DNA of 64,000 nucleotides. It comes from Chloroflexia bacterium (GTDB lineage Bacteria > Chloroflexota > Chloroflexia > QHBQ01 > JAICKM01). Location: assembly GCA_050998805.1 (NCBI GenBank), contig JBPCPV010000050.1:20165-84164 (forward strand). The letters are read 5' to 3'. Positions 28,657 through 39,280 of this stretch are shown here, one piece after another. The position numbers were made by a program, and so were the translations under genes. The notes under the pieces are model-generated. The model did not search any database, was not told the DNA's origin, and saw only the letters and a program-made list of their open reading frames with translations. How positions within the stretch are numbered: the first letter of the stretch is position 1; each line of letters opens with the position of its first letter.

Positions 28657-30957
28657 ATGGTCGAAGTTGTAACCAAGCCGGCGGGGCCGGAGGCAGTGCC
28701 GGCCGCGCCGACCGGGGTGGGCGTAAGCGTAGGGGCGGCAACGCGAACATGGCCCCTGCTGCTGGCAGTGCTTGTCTGCGGCGCGGGCAGCATGACGCTC
28801 GAAATGTCCGCCTCGCGGCTGCTGGCCCCCCACTTCGGTAGCTCGCTCTACATCTGGGCCATACTGATCGGCCTCGTGATGATCTTCCTCGCCTCCGGCT
28901 ATAGCATCGGCGGCCGGCTGGCCGACCGCGCGCCCCGCCCCGCGCTCCTCTACGGGATCATCGCCGCCGTCGGCTTGCTGATCGCGCTGATCCCGCTGAT
29001 CTCAGGCCCCGTCCTCTCCGCCTCCGAGCAGTTGTCGGACGGTACTCTGGCGCTCGACCCCGGTGCCGGCATCGCGGTCATCGCGCTCTTCATGCTGCCA
29101 GTGACGCTGCTCGGCTGCGTCTCTCCCTTCGCCGTCCGCCTGCGGATAAGCGAAGTCGGCGCGGCGGGGCGGACGGCAGGCTCGCTTTACGCGCTCTCGA
29201 CCCTCGGCAGCATCCTCGGCACCTTTGTGCCGGTCTTTCTGCTGATGCCCTACCTCGGCATCGCGGTCACCCTCTACCTGTCGGGCATTTCCCTGCTCGC
29301 CGTAGCCGGGATAGGTCTGCTGGCGGGGCGATCTAACCCGCCAGCCACCTTCCCTACACGGGTAGTGGAAGATCGTCTCCCCTCCGCCCGCATGACAGCC
29401 GCGCGCAGAGGGGTCGGTGCTGAGGTAGTCGCCGTCGGCGTCGCCGGCCTCTGCCTGATGATACTCGAAATGACCGCCTCGCAGCTCCTGCGGCCCTATT
29501 TCGGCAACTCGCTCTTCATTTGGGCGACGCTGATCGGCCTTGTGATGATCTACCTCACGGTCGGCTACTTCCTCGGCGGGCGGCTGGCGGACCGCTATCC
29601 GTCGGTACGGGTCTTCTACGGGCTGCTCGTCGCGGCGGGGATCGCTACGGCGATCATACCCACGCTCGCGCAGCCTCTGCTCACCTGGTCGCTGGAGGGC
29701 TTCTCCCAAATCTCGGTCAGCATTTTCTACGGCGCGCTCGCGGGGGTGATCGGCCTCTTCGCGGTGCCGATGATACTCCTCGGATGCGTCTCGCCGTTCG
29801 CCATACGCCTGCGTATGCGCGACCCCGATGCGGCCGGGCGGACCGCCGGCTCGATCTACGCGCTCTCGACATTCGGGAGCATCTTCGGCACCTTCATCCC
29901 GGTCTTCCTGCTGCTGCCGAACATCGGCAGCGGGCGGACGCTGCTCCTCGCGGCAGGCGCGCTGATGCTCACGGTCACGCTCGGCCTCTATGCCTCCGGG
30001 AAGCCGGGCGCGCGGCTTGCGGCGGCTGGTCTGCTCGCGGTCGCCGCGCTCGGCCTCTTGCCGCCGCCGAGCCTGATCAAGCCCCCGCCCTACGGTAGCC
30101 TGCTCGCCGAGCGCGAGTCGGTCTACAACTATATCCAGGTGGTCCAGAGGGACAACGGCGATGTCCACCTCGTGCTCAACGAGGGCCACGCCGTCCACAG
30201 CATCTACCGCGCCGACCAGGCCCACCCTCTGACCGGAGGCCCCTGGGACTACTGGCTCGTCGCCCCCTACGTGAACGCAGGCAAGCGGCCCGCCGATGTC
30301 CACAACATGCTGATGCTCGGCTCCGCTGCCGGCACCGCTGCCGAGCTTTTCACCCGCGTCTACGGCCCCAAGCCTGTGGACGACGTGGAGATCGACCCCG
30401 AGATCGTCAAGCTGGGCCGCCAGTACTTCCACCTCGACTCGCCGAATATCAACAACATCGTACGCGATGCCCGCGTCTACCTGCGGACCACCGACAAGAA
30501 GTACTCGATTGTCGGGATCGACGCCTATCGCCAGCCGTACATCCCCTTCCACCTGACCACACGCGAGTTTTTCCAGGAGGCGCGCGACCGGCTCGAACCC
30601 GGCGGCGTGGCGATGATCAACGCCGGCCGCGCCGGAAAGGACTACCGACTTGTGAACGCGATCGCCGCCACGATGCGCTCGGTCTTCCCCCACGTCTACA
30701 TCATTGACGTGGCCGCCGGCGGCAACAGCATGGTGATCGGCACCGAGCAGGCTGGCGGCATCTCCAACTTCGGGGCGAACGCCGCTGCCGCGACGGACCC
30801 CCTGCTCCGCCAGGTCTTTGCCGCCTCGCTCGACCACGGCAATATGCGCGAGGTCCAGCCTGCCTCCGTCACCGGCGACCCGGTCTTCACCGACGACCGT
30901 GCGCCGGTGGAGGAAGTGATCGACCAGCTTATTTTGAGCTATGTCACAGGCAAGTAG
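28657..30957 (+). CDS. spermidine-synthase-fold (polyamine aminopropyltransferase-like) protein with an internally duplicated N-terminal polytopic membrane domain
   Basis: Two homologous TM modules (LEMSASRLLAPHFGSSLYIWAILIGLVMIFLASGYSIGGRLADR and LEMTASQLLRPYFGNSLFIWATLIGLVMIYLTVGYFLGGRLADR). C-terminal Rossmann region VEIDPEIV...GIDAYRQPYIPFHLTTREFF. Confidence 0.65.
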   Translation: MVEVVTKPAGPEAVPAAPTGVGVSVGAATRTWPLLLAVLVCGAGSMTLEMSASRLLAPHFGSSLYIWAILIGLVMIFLASGYSIGGRLADRAPRPALLYGIIAAVGLLIALIPLISGPVLSASEQLSDGTLALDPGAGIAVIALFMLPVTLLGCVSPFAVRLRISEVGAAGRTAGSLYALSTLGSILGTFVPVFLLMPYLGIAVTLYLSGISLLAVAGIGLLAGRSNPPATFPTRVVEDRLPSARMTAARRGVGAEVVAVGVAGLCLMILEMTASQLLRPYFGNSLFIWATLIGLVMIYLTVGYFLGGRLADRYPSVRVFYGLLVAAGIATAIIPTLAQPLLTWSLEGFSQISVSIFYGALAGVIGLFAVPMILLGCVSPFAIRLRMRDPDAAGRTAGSIYALSTFGSIFGTFIPVFLLLPNIGSGRTLLLAAGALMLTVTLGLYASGKPGARLAAAGLLAVAALGLLPPPSLIKPPPYGSLLAERESVYNYIQVVQRDNGDVHLVLNEGHAVHSIYRADQAHPLTGGPWDYWLVAPYVNAGKRPADVHNMLMLGSAAGTAAELFTRVYGPKPVDDVEIDPEIVKLGRQYFHLDSPNINNIVRDARVYLRTTDKKYSIVGIDAYRQPYIPFHLTTREFFQEARDRLEPGGVAMINAGRAGKDYRLVNAIAATMRSVFPHVYIIDVAAGGNSMVIGTEQAGGISNFGANAAAATDPLLRQVFAASLDHGNMREVQPASVTGDPVFTDDRAPVEEVIDQLILSYVTGK

Positions 30958-30988
30958 GGCAAGTAGGGCAAGTAGGAAAGGAGACCAG

Positions 30989-31402
30989 ATGAACCTGAAA
31001 CTACGCCGCTCCGCAAGGACGCCTCACTCGGAAGAGATCGAGATATACGACATGGATGTGCGCGACGAGAACAGCGAACCCGCCAGCATCGGCAAACTCG
31101 ATGTGCATTTCACCGACGAGCAGTTCATCGGCACGATGCTGATCTGGGCGGAGTATGCCGCAGGTTTCGCCGCAGCCAAAGGCGCGCAGCTTTCGATGAC
31201 CGACCTGATCGACGAGATCCTCGACGAGATCAGCGAGACGCTCGGCGTGCCCGCCGAGTACGGCATCGAGGTCTACTATCCCCGCCTCGACCAGCACGAG
31301 TTCGTCTCCAACTTCGACGAGTTCGAGGACGATGATGACCTGCTGGAGGAGTTCGTTGACGAAGACGGCGACAGCCCCGACCACAACGGGCGTGTCCATT
31401 AG
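30989..31402 (+). CDS. acidic hypothetical protein
   Basis: AGGAG RBS before ATG 30989. Strongly acidic C-terminus. Confidence 0.4.
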   Translation: MNLKLRRSARTPHSEEIEIYDMDVRDENSEPASIGKLDVHFTDEQFIGTMLIWAEYAAGFAAAKGAQLSMTDLIDEILDEISETLGVPAEYGIEVYYPRLDQHEFVSNFDEFEDDDDLLEEFVDEDGDSPDHNGRVH

Positions 31403-32273
31403 CCCGCCTATCTACCTGCTCTCCGGCTTCGCCGACTACCCGGCGCTCGTCCAGGGGTGCAGCACGCGCACCCGGCCCGCAGGGGCCTGGGGCGGGCGCG
31501 CCGACTGGAACCTCAAGCGGCTCGGCACCGACCCCGAGGCCGCTGAGGCCGGGTGGCAGGCGTTCACGGCCACCCTCGGCATCCCTGCGGAGCGGATGGT
31601 CGCGCCCCAGCAGATACACGGCACCATCGTCGCCGAGGTGGGCGATCCGGACGCCGGGCGGGGCAGCATGGCCGGCAACCGCGGCGTCGTCGGGGCCGAC
31701 GCGCTGATCACGCGGACGCCGGGTTTGCTGCTGCTCACCGGCTGCGCCGACTGCGTGCCCGTCTTCATCTACGACCCACAGACGCCGGCCGTCGGCCTCG
31801 CCCACGCCGGCTGGAAGGGCACCGCCGGACGCATCGCCGAGGCGACCGTGGCGGAGATGGCGCGGGCCTTCGGCACCGACCCGGCGGCGTGCGTCGCGGT
31901 GATTGGGCCGAGCATCGGGCCGTGCTGCTACGATGTCGGCGGCGAGGTGGTCGAGGCGATCCGCGACGCCTATCCCGACGCCGACGGCGAATGGTACGGC
32001 GAGCCACCGCTGCTGGTATGGAGCCGCCGCCGCGCCGCCTGGAAGGACCAACTCGGCCTGCCGCGCACCGAGCCTGAGACCGACGAAAAGCCGTTCCTCG
32101 ACCTCTGGAACGCCAGCCGCCGGGCGCTGATAGACGCCGGACTGCCGCCGGAGAACGTGTGGATCGAGGGCATCTGCACCGCAGAGATGACCGACCTGTT
32201 CTATTCGCACCGGGCAGAACAGGGCGCGGCGGGCCGCTTCGTCGGCTTCCTCGGCCTGCCGAACAGCGGATGA
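31391..32273 (+). CDS. pgeF: YfiH/PgeF-family (DUF152, laccase-domain) purine-nucleoside-phosphorylase/peptidoglycan-editing factor; start uncertain (GTG 31391 or upstream)
   Basis: Conserved CADCVPV, GLAHAGWKGT and IGPSIGPCCYDVG motifs of the YfiH family. Confidence 0.6.
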
Positions 32274-32324
32274 GCGCGCCCGACACTCTGGCCGAACGCC
32301 TGACCGCGATCTTGGAGGACTTCT

Positions 32325-32816
32325 ATGCATTTACGCATCCGACCTTTTTCTGAGAACGAAAACGAGCTTGAAGACTTGGTTCGATTGTCATTATTGGCGT
32401 GGGAGCCGGTTTTTACCTCATTCAAGCAAGTCTTAGGTTCCAAGATCTATACGGTGATTTATCCAGACTGGAGAACGAGCCAAAGAGAGACAGTCGAAAC
32501 GATCTGTAAAGATAGTGAGAAAACCATCGTCTTGGTTGCAGAAGTAGATGGGATAGCTGTTGGATTTATAGCATACGAATTAGACACCAAAGATAAGACC
32601 GGAGAGGTTCAATTGCTTGCGGTGCATCCTGAGTATCAAAATCGCGGTATAGGCACAGAGTTGAACAATTTCGTGCTTACAAAGATGAAAGAAAGTGGTA
32701 TGAAAATGGCCGTAGTAGGCACAGGTGGAGATCCATCTCACGCGCCCGCCAGAAGATCATACGAGAAGGCCGGATATACTCCTCTACCTTTAGTCCGGTA
32801 TTATAAGGATTTGTAG
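32325..32816 (+). CDS. GNAT-family N-acetyltransferase (low-GC gene)
   Basis: Acetyl-CoA-binding motif QNRGIGTEL. Local GC ~45% against ~67% for the flanks. Confidence 0.65.
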   Translation: MHLRIRPFSENENELEDLVRLSLLAWEPVFTSFKQVLGSKIYTVIYPDWRTSQRETVETICKDSEKTIVLVAEVDGIAVGFIAYELDTKDKTGEVQLLAVHPEYQNRGIGTELNNFVLTKMKESGMKMAVVGTGGDPSHAPARRSYEKAGYTPLPLVRYYKDL

Positions 32817-32834
32817 GCATCGCCTGCCGGCACA

Positions 32835-34214
32835 ATGGACCCAACTCAAATCCACAACCCATTCCTCGACCGCCTCGCCGCCAAGTTCCACGCGGCGGGC
32901 TATCGGCTCTACCTGGTCGGCGGCGTCGTCCGCGATGCTCTCTCCGGCCTCCCAGCCGGAGAAATAGACATGGCTACGGACGCGCCGGTGGAGGAGATCA
33001 AGCGGCTCTCGGCGCAGGCGCGCCCCACCAGCCTCTACCCTATCGGGGAAAAGTTCGGGACGATCTCCATGCTCGCCCGCGAGCGGCGTTACGAGATCAC
33101 CACGTTCCGCACCGCGCCCGACGGCAGCCCCCGGCATCCCCCTCTCGCCTCCGGCATCCCGCCCGACCTCTACACCGACCTAGCCCACCGCGACTTCACG
33201 ATCAACGCGATCGCCGTGGACCTGGCGAGCCGGGCGCTGCACGACCCGTTCGGCGGGCGGACCGACCTGGTTGCGGGGCTGATACGCGCGGTGGGCGACC
33301 CGGCTGCACGCTTCGAGGAAGACCCGTTGCGGCTGCTGCGGGCCGTGCGGCTGGCCCGGCGGTTCGATTTCCGGCTCGACCCCCCGACACGGGCGGCGAT
33401 CGCGACAGGAGCGCCGATGCTAGCCTCGGTCGCCTGGGAGCGGGTGGCCGCCGAGATGAACTACATCTTGCTCGGCGATAGGCCGTCCGTGGGCCTGCGC
33501 CTGCTCGACGAGATCGGGCTGCTGGGGCAGGTGCTGCCCGAAATAATGGAGATGCACGGCATGTCGCAGGGCGAGTACCGCTACAAAGATGTCTATGAAC
33601 ACACCCTGCTCGTCGTGGACCGCACTCCGCCCGGCCTGACACTGCGCTGGGCGGCGCTGCTCCACGACGTAGCCAAGCCGCGCACATTCGGGGTGCAGGA
33701 CGGGGAAGTCCACTTCTTCGGCCACGAGGTAGTCGGCTCGCGCATGGCGCGCGAGGCGCTGACCCGGCTGCGCCAGCCCCAGGAGATGATCTCCCAGGTC
33801 GAGCAGCTGATCGCCCAGCACCTTCGGATCGGCCTCTACGACGAAACCTGGACAGATGGGGCGGTTCGCCGCTTCATCCGCGAGACCGAGCCGGTGACCG
33901 AGCGGCTCTTCGCGCTCGCCCGCGCCGACGTGACCAGCGCGAACCCCCGCCGCGTGGCCGCCGCAGCCGCCCGCGTGGAGGCGCTGATCGCGCGCTGCGC
34001 TGAGATAGAGGCCCAGGAAGAGGTCGCCAAGATCAAAAGCCCGCTCGACGGCAACGACCTGATGACCCTCTTCGACCACCCGCCCGGCCCCTGGATACGC
34101 CCGCTGAAAGACTACCTACTCGACCTGGTGCTCGACGGTCAACTCGCGCAGGGCGACGTAGAGAGGGCTACGGAGCTGGCGATGGAATGGATGGCGGAAC
34201 ACGGTCAGCCGTGA
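32835..34214 (+). CDS. cca: CCA-adding tRNA nucleotidyltransferase / poly(A) polymerase-family protein with an HD domain
   Basis: GGxVRD head motif (LVGGVVRDALSG), DxD (EIDMATDA), RDFTINA, and an HD domain (HD...LLHDVAKP). Confidence 0.7.
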   Translation: MDPTQIHNPFLDRLAAKFHAAGYRLYLVGGVVRDALSGLPAGEIDMATDAPVEEIKRLSAQARPTSLYPIGEKFGTISMLARERRYEITTFRTAPDGSPRHPPLASGIPPDLYTDLAHRDFTINAIAVDLASRALHDPFGGRTDLVAGLIRAVGDPAARFEEDPLRLLRAVRLARRFDFRLDPPTRAAIATGAPMLASVAWERVAAEMNYILLGDRPSVGLRLLDEIGLLGQVLPEIMEMHGMSQGEYRYKDVYEHTLLVVDRTPPGLTLRWAALLHDVAKPRTFGVQDGEVHFFGHEVVGSRMAREALTRLRQPQEMISQVEQLIAQHLRIGLYDETWTDGAVRRFIRETEPVTERLFALARADVTSANPRRVAAAAARVEALIARCAEIEAQEEVAKIKSPLDGNDLMTLFDHPPGPWIRPLKDYLLDLVLDGQLAQGDVERATELAMEWMAEHGQP

Positions 34215-34224
34215 CTCACTCCTG

Positions 34225-34614
34225 CTACCATATACTATATTCCAGGTCGGCGATTTGGCTAAAGTGCGCGTCTCTAGTCACCAAATGGAGATCGTGTTGC
34301 GAAGATGTAGCCGCAATCCAGATGTCGTTCTCTGGAAGTAGGCGGCCTTTTGCACGTAGCCGGCTCTTAATCACTGCATACGCGCTGGCAGTGTCTATAT
34401 TGCAATCCAGAACGGTGGTGTCGGAGATATAGGCAGCTATCTGGGACAGATTCTCGGCAACGCGCTGAGATACATGCGCTCCGTAGTACAGCTCCCCCAA
34501 AACAATGCTCGGTATGAAGATCTCACCCGCTTGATCCAAACGTGTCCGTATTTCAGTGTCTCCACGGAGAAGAGCCACTATGATACTGGTATCCAGCAGA
34601 AATCTACCACTCAT
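34225..34614 (-). CDS. vapC: type II toxin, PIN-domain ribonuclease VapC
   Basis: FLLDTSIIVAL N-terminus with the conserved acidic residues of PIN. Overlaps the upstream antitoxin by 11 nt. Confidence 0.7.
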   Translation of the reverse strand: MSGRFLLDTSIIVALLRGDTEIRTRLDQAGEIFIPSIVLGELYYGAHVSQRVAENLSQIAAYISDTTVLDCNIDTASAYAVIKSRLRAKGRLLPENDIWIAATSSQHDLHLVTRDAHFSQIADLEYSIW

Positions 34615-34858
34615 CCGTATCTACCCGCTCACAACCCTCCTCAATAACCCGCATCATCTCGTCAGCCTCTTCCGCCGATATGGTTCCGGCGAAGCGTAGC
34701 AGGTCTTTGCCGGGGGTTCCTTTGAGCGGGGGCCGCGATTTCGGTGCGCCGTTCTCGTCCTGGATCGTGACCAGGTAGCGGACATTCAGTTCCAGGTCGA
34801 GCGGCACCTCCAGTCGAAGCACTTGCCCATCGAATACAGCAGTCACCGTCTTGTTCAT
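34604..34858 (-). CDS. antitoxin, DUF104/AF2212-like (VapB-type partner)
   Basis: AVFDGQVLRLEVPLDLELNVRYLVTI is characteristic of DUF104 antitoxins that pair with PIN toxins. Confidence 0.55.
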   Translation of the reverse strand: MNKTVTAVFDGQVLRLEVPLDLELNVRYLVTIQDENGAPKSRPPLKGTPGKDLLRFAGTISAEEADEMMRVIEEGCERVDTDEW

Positions 34859-34957
34859 CGCCGTTTCCTTTCAGTCTATCCCTTTCGCCTCTACACCCAT
34901 CATACGTCCAACCCATGCTCTGTGTCAACGGCAGCGCATGTCTGCTATAATGGTGGG

Positions 34958-35437
34958 ATGAGACAGATGGACAAGCCGTTACCGGACGGCTGCACACTGC
35001 GCCCCGCCCGTGCCGCAGACGAGGCCGCGATCCGCAAGCTCGTGCGCGCCGCCCAGCTCGATCCGACACAGATGCGTTGGCCGCAGTTCCGGGTCGTGGA
35101 GTGCGGCGGGCGGGTCGTCGCCTGCGGGCAGTTGCGCCGTTTCGCCGGAGCGCAGGAACTCGGCAGCTTGGTCGTCTTGCCGAGCCGGCGCGGGCAGAAC
35201 CTCGGCGCTCGCCTCGTCGAGCAGCTGATCGCCGAGGCGAGCGGACCGCTCTACCTCGAATGTCAGGGCGCGCTCGTGCCGTTCTACGCCGGCTTCGGCT
35301 TCCGCGAAGTGTCATGGCGCACACCGCCGGGGCTGCTCAAGCTGAAGTTCGGCGTGTCGAAGCTGCTGTCCAGGATCTTCCGGCAGCGGGTGGCGAGCAT
35401 GAAGTATATCGGCGCGCCCCCTGTGGAGGCGAGCTGA
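34958..35437 (+). CDS. GNAT-family N-acetyltransferase; leaderless (tataat 34946-34951)
   Basis: RRGQNLGARLV acetyl-CoA motif. ATG 34958 lies 7 nt after the -10 box. Confidence 0.6.
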   Translation: MRQMDKPLPDGCTLRPARAADEAAIRKLVRAAQLDPTQMRWPQFRVVECGGRVVACGQLRRFAGAQELGSLVVLPSRRGQNLGARLVEQLIAEASGPLYLECQGALVPFYAGFGFREVSWRTPPGLLKLKFGVSKLLSRIFRQRVASMKYIGAPPVEAS

Positions 35438-36504
35438 TGCCCGGTCTTGACCCCGAACTCGACGCGCTGATCGCAGCGATGCCGAAGGCCGAGCTGCATG
35501 TACATCTCGAAGGCTCGATCCGCCCCGCCACGCTGCTGATGCTCGCCCGCCGCAACGAGGTGGACCTCGGCTGCGACGACGAGGCGGGGCTGCGCGAGCT
35601 TTACCGCTTCCGCGACTTCCGCCACTTTGTCGAACTCTACAGCGTGATCCTGAGCACGCTCCGCACGCCCGAAGACTTCGCGCTGATCACCGAGGAGCTT
35701 GGCCGCAGCGCCGCCGCGCAGAACACACGCTACCTTGAAGCCACCTTCACCCTCGGTGCCCACGTCCGCTCGAAGGGCATCCCCGCCGACGAACTCCTTG
35801 ATGCGCTCTCATCCGGCGCGGACGCGTCCCGGCTGGCGACCGGCGTAGAGATGCGCTTCATCTTCGACCATGTGCGCGAACACCCTCCCGAACTCTGCCG
35901 CCGGATAGCCGAATGGTGCGTGCAGGGGCGCGATCGTGGCGTCGTCGCCCTCGGCCTCAGCGGCTTCGAGCTGGCCCAGCCGGTCACGCGCTTCGCCGAT
36001 GCGATACGCTGGGCGCAGGCCAACGGCATCGCCTTCGTGCCCCACGCCGGAGAGGTCGCCGGCCCCGAGTCGGTCTGGGAGGTGCTGGAGTTCGACCCGC
36101 CCCGCATCGGCCACGGCATCCACTCCATCGGCGACCCCGCGCTCGTCGCCCGGCTGCGCGACCGGGGGATCGTGCTCGAGATCTGCCCGACAAGCAACGT
36201 CTGCCTGAACAACGTGCCGATCCTCGCCGCGCACCCCCTGCGCCTGTTCTGGGACGCAGGCGTGCCGGTCACGATCAACTCCGACGACCCACCGATGTTC
36301 AACACGACACTCCTCGACGAGTACCGCCTCGCCGCATCCGACTTCGGCTTCACAGCGGAGGAACTCGCCGAGGCCAGTCTCACCGCTGCCCGCTCCGCGC
36401 TCCTGCCGGCAGAGGGGCGAGCCCGCCTCGAAACGTCCTTCCGCGACGAGCTACGGCTGCTCGGCCTGGGCACCCGGAGCAGGGGATCGGAGGATACGGA
36501 TTGA
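35437..36504 (+). CDS. add: adenosine deaminase
   Basis: AELHVHLEGSIRP metal-binding signature and the C-terminal SDDPPMF motif. ATGA overlap with the upstream stop. Confidence 0.75.
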   Translation: MPGLDPELDALIAAMPKAELHVHLEGSIRPATLLMLARRNEVDLGCDDEAGLRELYRFRDFRHFVELYSVILSTLRTPEDFALITEELGRSAAAQNTRYLEATFTLGAHVRSKGIPADELLDALSSGADASRLATGVEMRFIFDHVREHPPELCRRIAEWCVQGRDRGVVALGLSGFELAQPVTRFADAIRWAQANGIAFVPHAGEVAGPESVWEVLEFDPPRIGHGIHSIGDPALVARLRDRGIVLEICPTSNVCLNNVPILAAHPLRLFWDAGVPVTINSDDPPMFNTTLLDEYRLAASDFGFTAEELAEASLTAARSALLPAEGRARLETSFRDELRLLGLGTRSRGSEDTD

Positions 36505-37466
36505 AGACTGGGAGACGCACGACCCTGGCGGCGCTGCTCGGCTGCCTGCTGCTCGCGGGCTGTGATGCAGGCGCGGCAAACACGCCCTTGCCGACCGCGA
36601 CGGCGATAGCCACGCCGACTTCCGCGCCGCTAGCCACTCCCACAGACACGGAGGTGCCGATGAGCCAGAGCATACTCGACCTGATCCCGCCGCCAGCCGA
36701 TGCGCGGCTGGCCTACGGCGACGACCCGTCGCAGTTCGGCGATCTACGCCTGCCGCCGGGCACCGGCCCGCACCCGGTCGTCATCGTGATCCACGGCGGC
36801 TACTGGCGGTCGGCCTACAGCCTCGACCACATCGGTACCCTCTGCGCCGCCCTCACCCACGCAGGCGTCGCCACATGGAGCCTCGAATACCGGCGGCTCG
36901 GCAACCCCGGCGGCGGCTGGCCGGGCACTCTCCAGGATGTGGCGGCGGGTGCCGACTACCTGCGGACAATCGCCCCGAAATATCACCTCGACCTCACGCA
37001 CGTCGTCGCGGTCGGCCACTCGGCGGGCGGGCAGCTCGCGCTGTGGCTCGCTGGCCGGCACCGCATCCCCGCCGGTGACACGCTCTACAGCCCCAACCCC
37101 CTGCCGTTGCACGGTGTCGTCTCCCTGGCAGGCGTCGCAGACCTCCGGCAGGGATACGATCTCCACCTGAGCAACGACGTGGTCTACCAGCTGCTGGGCG
37201 GCAACCCCGGCGAAGTGCCCACCCGTTACGAGGACGCCTCGCCGCGCGCGCTGCTGCCGCTCGGCGTGCCGCAGCGCCTGCTCCACGGCACCGCCGACGA
37301 CATTGTGCCGATCGCGATCAGCCGCGACTACTCCGCAGCCGCTCGCGCCGCCGGCGACGATGCCGAATTCATCCCGCTCGACGCCACCGGCCACTTCGAG
37401 CTGATCGACCCCCGCACCCCCCAATGGGCCACGGTGCAGGCGACAGTCCTCATGCTGGTCAAATGA
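36503..37466 (+). CDS. alpha/beta-hydrolase-fold esterase lipoprotein
   Basis: TTG start, lipobox LLAGC, HGGYW oxyanion motif, GHSAGG nucleophile elbow. Confidence 0.6.
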
Positions 37467-37538
37467 GCGTAGTGCGGAGCGCGGATTGCATATGTAGCTT
37501 TACGCACTACGTACTACGCAGCACGTACTACGCAATCA
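37467..37538. repeat. convergent-gene spacer with inverted CGTAGTGCG/CGCACTACG and tandem ACGTACTACGCA x2
   Basis: Read directly; member of the heptamer repeat family. Confidence 0.5.
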
Positions 37539-38826
37539 GAGCAAGCCTATATCTGTTCGGTGGTGCGCCCCATCGAACGAGACGCGCGGCACCGCAGTGT
37601 AGACCAGGCGGCGGGCATCTTCGAGCGTCGGCGCGCGCCCGACCAGCGTCAGCACCCGCCCGCCTGAGCTGACGATGCGGGAGCCGTTCGGCTCGATGCG
37701 CGTACCGGCGTGGAAGGCGGTCACGCCGTCCGGCAGGTCGTCGAGGCCGGTGATCGGCCTGCCGGTGAGGGCCTGCGCCGGGTAGCCCTCCGAGGCAAGC
37801 ACCACACCGCATGTGGCATCTGCGCTCCACCGTATGTCCGAGGCTATCTCATGCAGCCGCTCCTGGAATATGGCTAGCAAGATCTCGGCGAGATCGCTCT
37901 CCAGGCGCGGCAGCAGGAGTTGGGCTTCGGGGTCGCCGAGGCGGGCGTTGAACTCGAGCACACGAGGGCCGTCAGCCGTCATCATCAGCCCCGCGTAGAG
38001 GAAGCCGGTGAACGGGCAGCCCTCCGAGGCCATGCCCGCCACAGCCGGCCGCAGCACCGTCGCGGCGACTTCTGCCCACATCTCCTCGTTGACCCAGGAC
38101 GCGGGGCTGTAACCGCCCATACCGCCGGTCATCGGCCCCTGATCGCCGTCCAGCAGCAGCTTGTAATCGCACGCCGGCGGCATCTGCACGACAGCCCTGC
38201 CGTCCGTGAAAGCATGGGCGCTCACCTCGCGCCCCACCAAGAACTCCTCGCAAACAACCGTCCCCCGCCCCTCTCCCTCTCCCAAAATCCCGGCCTGCGC
38301 CATGCCGTGGAGGGCCTCACGCGCATCCGCGAGGGTGCGGGCGACGACAGCGCCCTTGCCACCGGCCAACCCGTCCGCCTTCAGCACCAGCGGGAACTCG
38401 GCCTCCGCGAGATACGCCCGCAGCTCTTCGGCGGTCTGCGTCACCTGGTAGACGGGCGACGGGATGCCGTGCCTTCGCATAAAGTCCCGCGCCCACGACT
38501 TGCTCGACTCGATCCGCGCGGCTGCCTTTGTCGGCCCGACTATCGGCAGGCCGAGCGCGCGGAACTCGTCCACGATGCCGAGCGCCAACGGCAGTTCCGG
38601 CCCCACCACGGTCAGGTCAATCACCTGCTCGAGCGCCCACCTGCCGAGTTCCTGTATCGCCGCCACGCTATCGGCCCCCACCGGCATGTTTTGGGTGAGA
38701 AGCGCCGTGCCGGGGTTGCCGGGCGCGCAAAATATCCGCGTAACCTGCGGGCTGCGCGCGAGTGCCTCCACAAGCGCATGTTCCCGCGCCCCTCCCCCGA
38801 TCACAAGCACTCTCACGTTGTTTCCT
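37536..38826 (-). CDS. purD: phosphoribosylamine--glycine ligase; start GTG 38826 or 38820
   Basis: N-terminal VRVLVIGGGAREHAL and an ATP-grasp pattern throughout. Confidence 0.8.
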
Positions 38827-39280
38827 CGCCGATCCAATGCGCCCATAGCATACCAAGCTGCCGAGCCCCGTTCGCTAGACGCCTGTCGGCTGTCCAAAAC
38901 TCAGCGCCGAGGTTCTCGGCAAGTGCCAGATAGAAGCCATCATAGGCCTTCGACTGCCCAAGCCGTCCGGCCCAGCCAAGCGCTTCACGGCAGAGTTCAG
39001 GAGTCAATGCAATGGCTTCTACCTCCAAAGAAAACAAGTCGTCGAGAGCCGTTTGGCCCTCATCTGCCGAAATGGCACGCGCGTAGACCCCACCGCGAAT
39101 CGCCGAGGTACACTCGGCTAGCCATAACATAGGCGCAACCAGCTGTAAGCCCAACTGTCTCCAGGCAGAAAAACGCCTCGTGATATCGACCCCCTGCGCG
39201 GCCCAAGCGGGAAGCAAAGCCCATATCGCAGCACTTGCGTCGATCACCAACACGGATGAATCAACCGAGGTTACGGGCAT
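38813..39280 (-). CDS. vapC: type II toxin, PIN-domain protein (VapC-like)
   Basis: SVLVIDASAAIW N-terminus and ...FWTADRRLA C-terminal PIN motif. Overlaps the antitoxin stop. Confidence 0.6.
   Translation of the reverse strand: MPVTSVDSSVLVIDASAAIWALLPAWAAQGVDITRRFSAWRQLGLQLVAPMLWLAECTSAIRGGVYARAISADEGQTALDDLFSLEVEAIALTPELCREALGWAGRLGQSKAYDGFYLALAENLGAEFWTADRRLANGARQLGMLWAHWIGEETT

Noticed and set aside
29002-30837. 611-aa minus-strand ORF inside 28657..30957
   Set aside because: It is antisense to the spermidine-synthase-like gene, whose internal duplication and Rossmann motifs support the plus strand. Its composition is high-GC noise.
31230-32330. 366-aa minus ORF and other R-rich ORFs opposite pgeF
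   Set aside because: They are antisense to the YfiH/PgeF gene, which has conserved motifs. Their translation is arginine-rich noise.
35913-37466. 517-aa ORF overlapping add and the hydrolase
   Set aside because: Its 3' half is the hydrolase frame, with true start TTG 36503 at the lipoprotein signal. Its 5' extension is out of frame across the add gene.
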